Shown: in pieces, positions 7,703 to 16,886 of the stretch | Numbering within the stretch: the stretch's first letter is position 1 | How the letters are laid out: each line of letters starts with the position of its first letter | Sequence record: DRR723986_7125 | Reading direction: 5' to 3' (one strand) | DNA length: 39,892 bases | Position numbers and translations under genes: made by a program | Notes under the pieces: model-generated | Database searches by the model: none | Told to the model about the DNA's origin: nothing | The model's input: only the letters and a program-made list of their open reading frames with translations

Positions 7703-8815
7703 GTGAACACCTTTCCTCATTTTATCATCGAAAGCTATCCAGAGCTGAAGGGATCTCAAAGAATCCCCTGCCAAAGCGGCCTGAGCGGTTCGGATGTGTC
7801 CCAGGCGGTGGGCAGTGACAGAGAGTGGTGTGTTCGAAAATGGCCAAGGCCTCATCCCGATCTGAATCGCTTGAGATTGATCCACGCCGGGCTGCGAGCC
7901 GCCCGGGATCGCTGCGGACCCATTGTCCCCGAGTTGCTCATGCCGGTGACTGGAAGAACGCAGGCCCATGCCAATTCTGCCGGCGGCGCGAACGACGCCT
8001 TTGTCCAGCATGACGGACACTTTTGGGAAGTTACGTCTTGGCTGCCAGGCGAGCCGAGCTACCTACGGCAGCCCTCGGATGAAAAGCTCGCAGCGGCCAT
8101 CGCCGCAGTAGCAGCCCTGCACAAATGTTGGTCGTCTTCCGTTGGTTTGATTCAGCCTGATGTAATGGTCAGTCCCGCTTTCGCTCAACGCTTCGAGTTC
8201 CTCAATAGCGTTCTCCGGCGAAGGGAAGAGCTGCATGCTGCCGCGGCCACCGCGCCCCACAGCCTTGAATCGCTAGCGATGCGGACGATGCACCATATCG
8301 AAAGTCGCGGTCTGAACCTCTCTGCGGAGTTAAGAGATTGTATGGCCGCACCGGTCGAATGCCATTTCGTGTTGCGCGATCTTTGGAACGAGCACGTGCT
8401 CTTCACCGACGAGCAGGTTTCAGGAATCATTGATTTTGGTGCAGCCCGCATCGATGAACCGCTTTGTGATCTAACGCGTTTGTTGTCTTCCCTTGAACCG
8501 TTCGGCCAAACCTACTGCGACGTGCCTGCAACTCTCGATGCTGAGAAGTCTCTGCTGCTCGGCAACGATACCGAAGATGCACTTCGGAAATTAGGAAGCC
8601 GGAGGTGGCAGTTGGCGATTGCGACCTACGAGCACGCGTGCGGTCCAGTCGATCGTCGTCGCCTTCACATTCTAGACATGGCATCCACGTTGTTATCTGC
8701 GGCGCAGTGGTTTCTTTGGTTGTGCGTCGACAAGCGGAAATTCGACCAGCCGGCCGCCGAGTTGACTGGGCGATGGGCAGCATTCTTGGATCGAATGGAT
8801 CGATTTTCGACTTAG
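7703..8815 (+). CDS. Phosphotransferase (APH / type II homoserine kinase-like)
   Basis: SGLSGSDV P-loop, WLPG, LRDLWNEHVLF catalytic loop, GIIDFG. Confidence 0.8.
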   Translation: MNTFPHFIIESYPELKGSQRIPCQSGLSGSDVSQAVGSDREWCVRKWPRPHPDLNRLRLIHAGLRAARDRCGPIVPELLMPVTGRTQAHANSAGGANDAFVQHDGHFWEVTSWLPGEPSYLRQPSDEKLAAAIAAVAALHKCWSSSVGLIQPDVMVSPAFAQRFEFLNSVLRRREELHAAAATAPHSLESLAMRTMHHIESRGLNLSAELRDCMAAPVECHFVLRDLWNEHVLFTDEQVSGIIDFGAARIDEPLCDLTRLLSSLEPFGQTYCDVPATLDAEKSLLLGNDTEDALRKLGSRRWQLAIATYEHACGPVDRRRLHILDMASTLLSAAQWFLWLCVDKRKFDQPAAELTGRWAAFLDRMDRFST

Positions 8816-9000
8816 CGGCTCCTGAAAATCAATGTAAAACGAGGTCTAACGTTCTTTCGTGATTATTTCATTTTCACATATCAACGCCTCAGCTAGAATC
8901 TCGCAGCTAATGACGTCGGCAGTCATTTAAGATCCCTTCGACCATGTTTTCTAGCCGCGAACTCACTGCGATTCTCGAGCAAAATACCAGGGCAGACCAA

Positions 9001-10095
9001 ATGCAGAAGCAATTCAACATCGCAGTTCTTGGTGGTGACGGGATTGGGCCCGAAGTTACGCTGCAGGCAGTTGACCTGTTGAAAGCGATGCAATCATCGC
9101 TGACCGATGTGTCGTTCAACTTTGAAGAGCATTCGGTTGGTGTCGGTGAGTACCAACGAAGTGGAAACGCACTTCCAGAAACTGCTTTTGAAGCCTGTCG
9201 CCAATGCGACGCAGTGCTTCTCGGGGCGATGGGCCTGCCGAATGTACGTTACCCAGACGGCAAAGAAATTGCCCCTCAGTTGGATCTGCGAGAACGTCTC
9301 GAATTGTACGGTGGAGTGCGGCCCATTGAGCTGTATGCTGCATCTGACACGCCGCTGAAGAACTATGAAGCGGGCGGGATCGACTTTGTCTTGATCCGCG
9401 AAAGCACAGAAGGGCTATTCGCCGGGCGTGGGGCAACGTTTGAACCCGGAGCAGAATTTGCTGAGAACACGATGCGAATCAGTCGCGTTGGAGCGGAGCG
9501 GGTGTGTCGTTTGGCTTTCGAAGTCGCTCAGCAGCGAGGTAAGAAACGCCGCGTAACGCTGATTGATAAAGCAAACGTGCTATCGTCAATGGTCTTCTTC
9601 CGAGAAGTCTTTGACGAAGTTGCTAAGGATTTTCCAGACTGTACCGCAGACTACTGCTACGTTGATGCGGCTTCGCTGTTCATGGTTCGTTCACCGGAGC
9701 AGTTTGATGTGATGGTTACCGAAAACATGTTTGGCGACATCCTCAGCGACCTTGCCGCTGGCTTGGTGGGCGGAATGGGGATGGCTCCGTCAGGTGATAT
9801 TGGAAAAGATGCTGCTGTCTTTCAGCCCTCACATGGTTCTGCACCTGATATTGCTGGTAAGGGCGTTGCGAATCCTGTCGCGATGATTCTGTCGGCCGCC
9901 ATGATGTTGCAGTGGCTCGATCACCCCGAAACAATCCGCGGCGCATCGGCGATTCGATCCGCCGTGAAAGACGTGTTCGCTGATGAACATTTTCGTACGC
10001 CTGACATGGGTGGAGAGAAAACGACTGCGGATATTGGACAAGCGATTCAGGAAGCGACGATCGAGCAACTTGCGAAAGTTTCGGCTAATTGCTAG
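9001..10095 (+). CDS. Isocitrate/isopropylmalate/tartrate dehydrogenase family protein (variant, probably not the biosynthetic LeuB)
   Basis: [37 protein letters not shown]. Has RESTEGLF and FQP where the LeuB in this window has RELTGGIY and YEP. Confidence 0.88.
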   Translation: MQKQFNIAVLGGDGIGPEVTLQAVDLLKAMQSSLTDVSFNFEEHSVGVGEYQRSGNALPETAFEACRQCDAVLLGAMGLPNVRYPDGKEIAPQLDLRERLELYGGVRPIELYAASDTPLKNYEAGGIDFVLIRESTEGLFAGRGATFEPGAEFAENTMRISRVGAERVCRLAFEVAQQRGKKRRVTLIDKANVLSSMVFFREVFDEVAKDFPDCTADYCYVDAASLFMVRSPEQFDVMVTENMFGDILSDLAAGLVGGMGMAPSGDIGKDAAVFQPSHGSAPDIAGKGVANPVAMILSAAMMLQWLDHPETIRGASAIRSAVKDVFADEHFRTPDMGGEKTTADIGQAIQEATIEQLAKVSANC

Positions 10096-10160
10096 ATAGC
10101 TTGGTGTTGGTCGAGAAGTCTCTATGCTGCTGAACGTGGGCCCACCGCAGGGAAATTCTG

Positions 10161-11198
10161 ATGGCTGGTAAGTTAAAGGGAATTGGCGTTGGTGCCGGCT
10201 ATTTCAGTGATTTTCACTACGATGCGTGGACACGCTTGGACGAAGTCGAGATCGTCGCGATTTGCGATCCCGATACAGAGAAAGCCAAGGCGATGGCCGC
10301 CAAATACGGCATCGCAAACGTGTGTGATGACTACCTGGCAGCCATAGACAAGCACAAACCAGATTTCGTCGACGTCATCACACGACCAGACACTCATCTA
10401 GAAATCTGTACGGCGATCGCGAAGACCAGTACGCCAATTATCTGCCAGAAACCGCTAGCGCCCACGGTGGAAGATGCTGTAAAAATCGTGCAGGTGGTCA
10501 AGCAAGCTGGTGTGCCGATGATGGTGCACGAGAATTTTCGCTTCCAGCCCTGGTACCGAGAAATGCGACGGCTTTGGGAGCAAGGTGTTGTTGGTGATCG
10601 CATCCATACGGTGTCGTTTAAAAATCGAGCTGGCGATGGTTGGGGGGACGACGCCTACATGGCGCGGCAGCCTTACTTCCAAACGATGCCAAAGTTTCTA
10701 ATCTTCGAAGCGGGGATTCATACCATTGATAGCTTTCGCTTCCTTGCGGGAGACATCAGCCGCGTTTGGTGCAAGCTGCGAAAGCTTAATCCAGTAATCG
10801 CTGGAGAAGATACCGGGATCGCCGTTTTCGAATTCGCCTCCGGTGCACTCGGTCACTATGATGCCAATCGATTTAATGAATCAACGGCGAAGAACCCACG
10901 CTATACGTTTGGCGAAATCGCTTTGGAAGCCAATGGTGGGACGATTCGCGTCTACGATGACGGACGTTTAGCGATACAACCGCTTGGTAAGCCCGAACAG
11001 TTTCATCAGTACGAGCATCCTTCAAATGGTTTTGCTGGCGACTGCGTCTATGCGACACAAAAGCACTTTGTAACCCAGTTACGAAGCGGTTCGGAGTTTG
11101 AAACGTCTGGCACCGAGTACTTGAAGAACATTGCACTGCAGGAAGCCATGTATCGATCAAGTGAGTCTGGTCAGTGGGAAGCACCGGAGGAACTCTAG
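10161..11198 (+). CDS. Gfo/Idh/MocA family NAD(P)-dependent oxidoreductase, D-apiose dehydrogenase-like
   Basis: GAGYFS Rossmann start, ICQKPLA, MVHENFRFQP, QPYF, GIHTID, NPVIAGED, ETSG.EYLK. These motifs are shared with ApsD-type enzymes as I recall them. Confidence 0.85.
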   Translation: MAGKLKGIGVGAGYFSDFHYDAWTRLDEVEIVAICDPDTEKAKAMAAKYGIANVCDDYLAAIDKHKPDFVDVITRPDTHLEICTAIAKTSTPIICQKPLAPTVEDAVKIVQVVKQAGVPMMVHENFRFQPWYREMRRLWEQGVVGDRIHTVSFKNRAGDGWGDDAYMARQPYFQTMPKFLIFEAGIHTIDSFRFLAGDISRVWCKLRKLNPVIAGEDTGIAVFEFASGALGHYDANRFNESTAKNPRYTFGEIALEANGGTIRVYDDGRLAIQPLGKPEQFHQYEHPSNGFAGDCVYATQKHFVTQLRSGSEFETSGTEYLKNIALQEAMYRSSESGQWEAPEEL

Positions 11199-11270
11199 GT
11201 TGTGGTTCCCCAAGGCGGCTGTTTCCAGTGATGCTTTTCGTAGTCATTAAGAGTGGAAGAAAGGCGTGCA

Positions 11271-11900
11271 ATGCGTGTGATTGACCTGACTTTGCCAGTC
11301 GACAACAACATGCCGGGTGTGAACATCTCAGTTGCCCGGCAACTCGAGAAAGACGGCTGGAATGCGACAACTTTGGAGCTCTATTCCCACTCTGGTACGC
11401 ACATGGATGCGCCAGTTCATTTCTTGCCCGGCGGTGACAGCATTGAGAAGCAAGATCTCAGTGTCTGTGTTGGCCCGGCTCGAGTGATCAACTTGGCTCC
11501 CACTGCCCCATCGCAGCTAATTGATGTTGTTGATGTCGCAAGCCGACTGACGGATTTGGAACCAAATGCTCGTTTGTTGTTCAGGACGGATTGGTACAAA
11601 CAGTACCCTTCGCCAGAGTACCGCAGCGGGCTGCCTCGGTTATCGCTTGACTTGGCTCGGTGGTTGGTTGATCGTCAGGTCGCGATGGTTGGAGTGGAAG
11701 GGCCAAGCGTTGCCGACGTCAACAATATGCAAGAGCTGACTGATGTGCACCAGACGCTTTTTAAAGGCAGAGTGCTGATCATCGAGGCGCTTGCGAACTT
11801 GGATCAGTTGACTCAAGAAGTCGTCGACTTCATCGCTTTGCCGTTGAACATCCCGGGCGGCGACGGAACCCCAGTGCGTGCGGTTGCTATAGAAAAATGA
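11271..11900 (+). CDS. Cyclase family metal-dependent hydrolase (kynurenine formamidase-like)
   Basis: IDLT, HSGTHMDAPVHF, IIEAL, GGDGTPVRAVA motifs. ATG at 11271. Confidence 0.9.
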   Translation: MRVIDLTLPVDNNMPGVNISVARQLEKDGWNATTLELYSHSGTHMDAPVHFLPGGDSIEKQDLSVCVGPARVINLAPTAPSQLIDVVDVASRLTDLEPNARLLFRTDWYKQYPSPEYRSGLPRLSLDLARWLVDRQVAMVGVEGPSVADVNNMQELTDVHQTLFKGRVLIIEALANLDQLTQEVVDFIALPLNIPGGDGTPVRAVAIEK

Positions 11901-12005
11901 CACGCTGGGATATGTTCGAGCACGCACTTGGCGAGTAGGTTTCATTTGGCGAAGTAGGTGTGTCGTGACGATGAAGCCATTAAACGAGTCGCAAAGGGGA
12001 ATAGA

Positions 12006-13301
12006 GTGAGTGAGACGCAGTTTGACGGCCCCCGGCTCGGATGCATCGCAGACGACATCACTGGGGCGACAGACCTAGCGATCAACTTGGTCAAAGGTGG
12101 GATGCGTGTCGTTCAGGTCATGGAGATTCTTCCCGCTGAGCAGATAAGGAAACTAGACTGCGATGCCGTCGTCGTGGCACTGAAGATTCGCTCGGTGCCT
12201 GCCGAGGACGCAGTTCAGCTTGCTCGTGCCGTGATGAGCTCGCTTCAAGAAGCTGGTTGTGAGCGATTTCTCTATAAATATTGCTCCACATTCGATTCAA
12301 CCGACGAAGGGAATATCGGCCCCATCGCGGAGGCATTGCTTGAGATGTCTCAGCAGCAGCAGACAGTATTTTGCCCAGCCTTCCCCGATGCTGGTAGAAC
12401 CGTCTATCAAAGTCATCTCTTTGTCGGAGACAGGTTGCTCAATGAAAGCGGGATGGAAAACCACCCGCTGAATCCAATGAAGGACGCGGATCTGAGGCGA
12501 GTGTTGGGCAAGCAGACCTCGCACAAAGTCGGGGCCGTAATGAGTTCGTCGATTGAAGCTGGGGCGAGCGAAGTAGCCAGTCGCCTCCGTCAACTCGCCG
12601 TCGAAGACTGCCCTTTCGTGATTGTCGATGCGTGTGTCGACAAACATCTTGAGGTGCTGGCCACGGCGGTCGCGGACATGAAGCTAGTCACCGGAGGCTC
12701 AGGCATTGCACGCTACTTACCGGAAGCTTACAGACGCAGTGGTGTGATCGAAGCAACCAAATTTACTCCCGAGTCACCTGCTGCAACTGGTCCAGCATTT
12801 ATACTATCTGGGAGTTGCTCGTCGGCAACGCAGCGGCAGGTGGCGAAGATGTCGCAGACGACCCCAAGTCTTGCGATTGATGTCGAAAACGCAGTGAGCG
12901 ACCAGCTTGCTGAAGTGCAGCGGATCATCGATTGGGCTCGCGGTGAGCAAAATGCACCCGTGCGAATGGTCTATTCTACGGCTGCACCGGAGCAGGTTGA
13001 TCAACTGCAGGCCCAGTATGGCAGGCAGGCCGTTGCCGATGCCATTGAATCGACACTGGCCCTTGTCGCTCAGCGAATTGTTGTCGACATGCAGATTCGG
13101 TGCATCGTCGTTGCTGGTGGAGAAACCTCTGGAGCGATTGCAAACGGACTGGGAATAACTGCGCTGAGAATCGGTGCTGAAATCTGCCCGGGCGTGCCCT
13201 GGACGATGACAAGCGATCCCGTTGAGCTAGCCTTGGCATTCAAGTCAGGCAATTTTGGTTCTGATGATTTCTTTCAGGAAGCCCTCGAAATGCTACGGTA
13301 G
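12006..13301 (+). CDS. otnK: 3-oxo-tetronate kinase-like four-carbon acid sugar kinase (DUF1537 family)
   Basis: IADDITGATD, YKYCSTFDST..GNIG, HPLNPM, SGSCS, AGGETSG, KSGNFG. GTG at 12006 after AAGGGGA. Confidence 0.85.
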   Translation: MSETQFDGPRLGCIADDITGATDLAINLVKGGMRVVQVMEILPAEQIRKLDCDAVVVALKIRSVPAEDAVQLARAVMSSLQEAGCERFLYKYCSTFDSTDEGNIGPIAEALLEMSQQQQTVFCPAFPDAGRTVYQSHLFVGDRLLNESGMENHPLNPMKDADLRRVLGKQTSHKVGAVMSSSIEAGASEVASRLRQLAVEDCPFVIVDACVDKHLEVLATAVADMKLVTGGSGIARYLPEAYRRSGVIEATKFTPESPAATGPAFILSGSCSSATQRQVAKMSQTTPSLAIDVENAVSDQLAEVQRIIDWARGEQNAPVRMVYSTAAPEQVDQLQAQYGRQAVADAIESTLALVAQRIVVDMQIRCIVVAGGETSGAIANGLGITALRIGAEICPGVPWTMTSDPVELALAFKSGNFGSDDFFQEALEMLR

Positions 13302-13310
13302 CCAATGCTG

Positions 13311-14798
13311 CTACTCGTTCGCATCTTCCGACGGCAATCCTGGACCGGTACGTTCAGTGAAGTCGCTTGCTTTCACGCCTTTCACCGTTGGCTGAATAAG
13401 CTTCTCCATCGCCTTGATCAAAACCGCTTCTGCACCGGGAGAAACGTTTGTTGCTCGTGGACTCACTTCGTATCCGCCCTGCGGAAAAGAGACTCGGGTT
13501 CCGATGTATTGTGTTCCATAATCTCCATACGCAGCCATAATGATATGATTCTCCGGTCGCATTGCTGCCGCCGCCAGTTGGTATTCAACGAATAACTCGC
13601 CTGGCATAAAGACGACCTGGATCTTGCCAAGGCCAAGCCGCGAGACGGGAACGCCCACTCCGGATTCAACACGTAGTGCATAAGCCAGTTTTTCAGCGGC
13701 ATGGCATCTGGTCTGCGAATCAAGTTCCTTATTTGCGATTTCGTTTCGTAAACGCTGCGTATCGATAGCTTCGCTGAGAGGAAGCATGACGCGCTGTTGA
13801 TTCCAGGATACGCTTGCTTCGGCACCGTTGATCTCAGCACTGCTATCAAACGCACGCTTCATGCCGTCCTCAACTCGCGCCGCAAGCACTGGGCGATTCG
13901 GGCGAGAGCCGTCGTTGAATTTGCCAGCTCCGATGTTTCCACCTGCGCCATTGAAGTGCAGGTGGAAGACTCCGGTTTCTTCCTCGCGAGCGTTTCGGGC
14001 CATGCCGGGAAAATCCGGTGTGGCTTCACCAACACGATAAAAACTCTGCGGGTGAGTCGCGTAGAACGTGACAACTGCGACCGTCTTCTCACCGCTTAGA
14101 AAGTTAAGGCTGCGTAGCATTGGATCGATGACACCGATCGGCAGTGCCGCCACTTTGGGATCTTTGCACGCGGTGTAGCGGGTCACATGAACGGTGCCAT
14201 CAGGCGAAAGCATACGCCGATTCGAGGCCACTTTGTGAACGGGTGCCTGCCCAAGTTCGATGCCGGTTATCGACTGTAGGCTTGTCGTTGAATTTTTCGC
14301 AGCCTGCCCTGCCCTTTGGATCACGCCATCGATGAATGCAATGTCGAAGTGGTTGCTTGTCAATTCGAATGGTGCGAGCAGCTCGGCAGCATCGTGGTTG
14401 CAACGTGGTGCATCATGCTGATGGAGGGCATGCATGACGACGCGATCAGGCGTCGTATCGACGGCTTGCGCCAGCACATCGCAGAAACGGTCGTTCGAGC
14501 TGCATGCCACGCCGAGCCAATCGACGGCACACAGCACGATTGGCTTCTGCTCTGGTGGAACAAGCACGATTCCCTTTAGCGAGAGTGGCTCGGTTACTTT
14601 GACCATCGGATCGTAGGCTAAAGGACTGCCGACTTCGGGAGTCGCGTCGACGGCAAAAGTCGCGATCCGTAGGTCAGCGCTGTGCGTGATGTTCGCAAAA
14701 TACGAAAGGCACAAGACGACAACTGCTGCCGGAATACATCGCCTTACAATCGGACGCTGGTTGACTATCCGCCATGCCATGATTGTTCTTGCGCTCAT
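13311..14798 (-). CDS. Secreted neutral/alkaline ceramidase-like hydrolase
   Basis: Signal peptide; HALHQHDAP, FYATHP, GAGGNI and MPGELFVEY motifs of the planctomycete ceramidase-like family. Confidence 0.7.
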   Translation of the reverse strand: MSARTIMAWRIVNQRPIVRRCIPAAVVVLCLSYFANITHSADLRIATFAVDATPEVGSPLAYDPMVKVTEPLSLKGIVLVPPEQKPIVLCAVDWLGVACSSNDRFCDVLAQAVDTTPDRVVMHALHQHDAPRCNHDAAELLAPFELTSNHFDIAFIDGVIQRAGQAAKNSTTSLQSITGIELGQAPVHKVASNRRMLSPDGTVHVTRYTACKDPKVAALPIGVIDPMLRSLNFLSGEKTVAVVTFYATHPQSFYRVGEATPDFPGMARNAREEETGVFHLHFNGAGGNIGAGKFNDGSRPNRPVLAARVEDGMKRAFDSSAEINGAEASVSWNQQRVMLPLSEAIDTQRLRNEIANKELDSQTRCHAAEKLAYALRVESGVGVPVSRLGLGKIQVVFMPGELFVEYQLAAAAMRPENHIIMAAYGDYGTQYIGTRVSFPQGGYEVSPRATNVSPGAEAVLIKAMEKLIQPTVKGVKASDFTERTGPGLPSEDANE

Positions 14799-14809
14799 GT
14801 CGAGTTCTC

Positions 14810-15547
14810 TCAGCCGAAGGATGAATTTGAATCCAGATCTCTGCCCGGTGTGATGCCAAATAGTCTACCGGTTCTTGGGCGACTATGTTCCCGAGCTAGT
14901 CCGCTTACGAATTGGTTGCCGTCTACGAAATGCCGCAGCTTCAGTGACTGGGCGGTGGAGATCCCGATACGAGTGGATGAAGTTCGGTGAAACGCTGGCA
15001 AGATGTCGTCGATCGATTCAATCCACAACGGATTGTCGGGAGTCAATTGGAGGCCATCAAGTGTTCGATCAACACGCATTGCTTGGCAAATACGCCCAGG
15101 TCCAGTCGTAATGCTCCGCCAATCGCTACGGTTGCGAGGTGGCTGCTGGCTGCGGTTCTCAAGCATGGTGCTGAGTCCATCGATCGGCTCAAGCGCTCGG
15201 ATCAGTACTGCCGCTCCTCGACCTTCAGATTCGGTCACAATGTTAAGGCAGTGTTTGGCGTGAATCGGATAAACGTATAAATGGCCCCCGCGCTTGTACA
15301 TTGAAGCGTTGCTCCGCGTCAGTCCACGAGCGCTGTGGCTTGCTGCATCACCTGCATGACGGTACGCTTCCACTTCGACAATGACACCGCGTAACACCAC
15401 CGCACTGCAAACTCGTCGACAGAGAACTTTACCAAGCAATCGTTTCGCAACATCATTTGTGTTACTAGCGTACCAATGCACCGGTAAGGCATGGCCGTTT
15501 GGTAGTGAAGCAGACTGTTGCGCATCGTGACTTGTATTCTTACCCAT
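14810..15547 (-). CDS. mpg: DNA-3-methyladenine glycosylase (AAG/MPG type)
   Basis: IVEVEAY, ASHS, LYVY, CLNIV, AVLIRALEP, GPGRICQAM, TRIGIS. Start is 15547 (ATG) or 15556 (TTG). Confidence 0.9.
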   Translation of the reverse strand: MGKNTSHDAQQSASLPNGHALPVHWYASNTNDVAKRLLGKVLCRRVCSAVVLRGVIVEVEAYRHAGDAASHSARGLTRSNASMYKRGGHLYVYPIHAKHCLNIVTESEGRGAAVLIRALEPIDGLSTMLENRSQQPPRNRSDWRSITTGPGRICQAMRVDRTLDGLQLTPDNPLWIESIDDILPAFHRTSSTRIGISTAQSLKLRHFVDGNQFVSGLAREHSRPRTGRLFGITPGRDLDSNSSFG

Positions 15548-15569
15548 TACTGACAACCAATTCGATCGA

Positions 15570-16826
15570 ATGCCGCAAGATCCACAGATGCAGTTGCATG
15601 ATTTTTGTGTTCAGGCCAATATTGTTGTGGTTGATCCATCGACGATTATTGACCGTGGTGAAATCGTATTCAAACGTGGGGTCGTTTCCGAGGTGCGGGC
15701 CGGTTGGCGGGACGAGAATGCTGTCCGGCTTCCGAACATGGCCATCGTTCCTGGCTTGGTGAATTGTCACACGCACTTGGAGTTTAGCTATTTGGAACGT
15801 CCGTTTCCCGCCCTTGACGGATTTCCAGACTGGATATCTCAAGTTGTCGCATCGCGGCGCAGCATAGAATCCGAAATGGACGAGAGTGCATTTCGCTCCT
15901 TTCGGCAGAATGCGATTCGGGCGGGCGAGCGGGAATTGTCGGATACGGGCACGGCCCTTGCCTGTGATATCGTCACTGCTCCCTGGGAGTCGGAATATCT
16001 CGATCGATCTGGGACAACCATAATTCCAGCGTTTGAATTCATCGGGATGGAGGCATCTAGGTTGCAAAGTAGTTTCGAGTGGGCAGCCGCGCTGTCTGGC
16101 AGGACGAAGAGCGATTTTCTTGCCGCAATCTCACCGCACTCGCCCTACTCTCTTATGTTCCCCAAGGCTGCGGAATTGCTGACAACGCTTCCGCGCGACC
16201 GGATCACTGCAATGCACCTGGCGGAGAGCCAGGAGGAAATGGAGTGGTTGACTGAACGGCGCGGCCCATTTAAGAACGCATTTGAAAGAATCGGTGTTCC
16301 TATTCCGGAGGAGCTTCCTAGCATCGACGATTGCTTGAAGCTTGTCTTGGACTCTAGGCACGCGCTGATCGTGCATGGTAATTATCTAAATGCGGCACAG
16401 TTGAAGCGAATTGGCGAAAGTCCACAGGCGACGCTTGTCGTTTGTCCACGAACGCACACCCATTTTCGACATGCAACTTTCCCAGTGCAAAAGGCACTCG
16501 ATGCTGGCGTCCGTGTCACGCTTGGAACGGATTCGCGGGCGAGCAATCCCGACCTGAGTCTATGGTTAGAAATGTCGGAACTGCGACGGAAGTTGCCTGA
16601 GTTGGACGCTTGTACTGTCTATGCCATGGCTACCACGACGGCTGCGGAGTCGTTGGGCGTGGACAATCAATATGGCAAAATTGGACTAACAGTTGCAGCC
16701 AAGAATCTGTGGGCTCTGCCGCTGGGAGGGCTCGGACGCAACGACATTCTGGAGCACATGACTACGCTAGAGAAGTCCCCGCAAATGACTCCCCTTCTTC
16801 ATTGCGTCCAGAGCACGGCTGGTTGA
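15570..16826 (+). CDS. Metal-dependent amidohydrolase (aminodeoxyfutalosine / MTA-SAH deaminase-like)
   Basis: PGLVNCHTHLEFS, SPHSPYS, MHLAES, VHGNYL, CPR, LGTDS. Confidence 0.82.
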   Translation: MPQDPQMQLHDFCVQANIVVVDPSTIIDRGEIVFKRGVVSEVRAGWRDENAVRLPNMAIVPGLVNCHTHLEFSYLERPFPALDGFPDWISQVVASRRSIESEMDESAFRSFRQNAIRAGERELSDTGTALACDIVTAPWESEYLDRSGTTIIPAFEFIGMEASRLQSSFEWAAALSGRTKSDFLAAISPHSPYSLMFPKAAELLTTLPRDRITAMHLAESQEEMEWLTERRGPFKNAFERIGVPIPEELPSIDDCLKLVLDSRHALIVHGNYLNAAQLKRIGESPQATLVVCPRTHTHFRHATFPVQKALDAGVRVTLGTDSRASNPDLSLWLEMSELRRKLPELDACTVYAMATTTAAESLGVDNQYGKIGLTVAAKNLWALPLGGLGRNDILEHMTTLEKSPQMTPLLHCVQSTAG

Positions 16827-16886
16827 AGTCACGCATTCATCGAGTCTAGCAGTGAGATATGCAGTATCATGCGTCGGTGTAACAGC

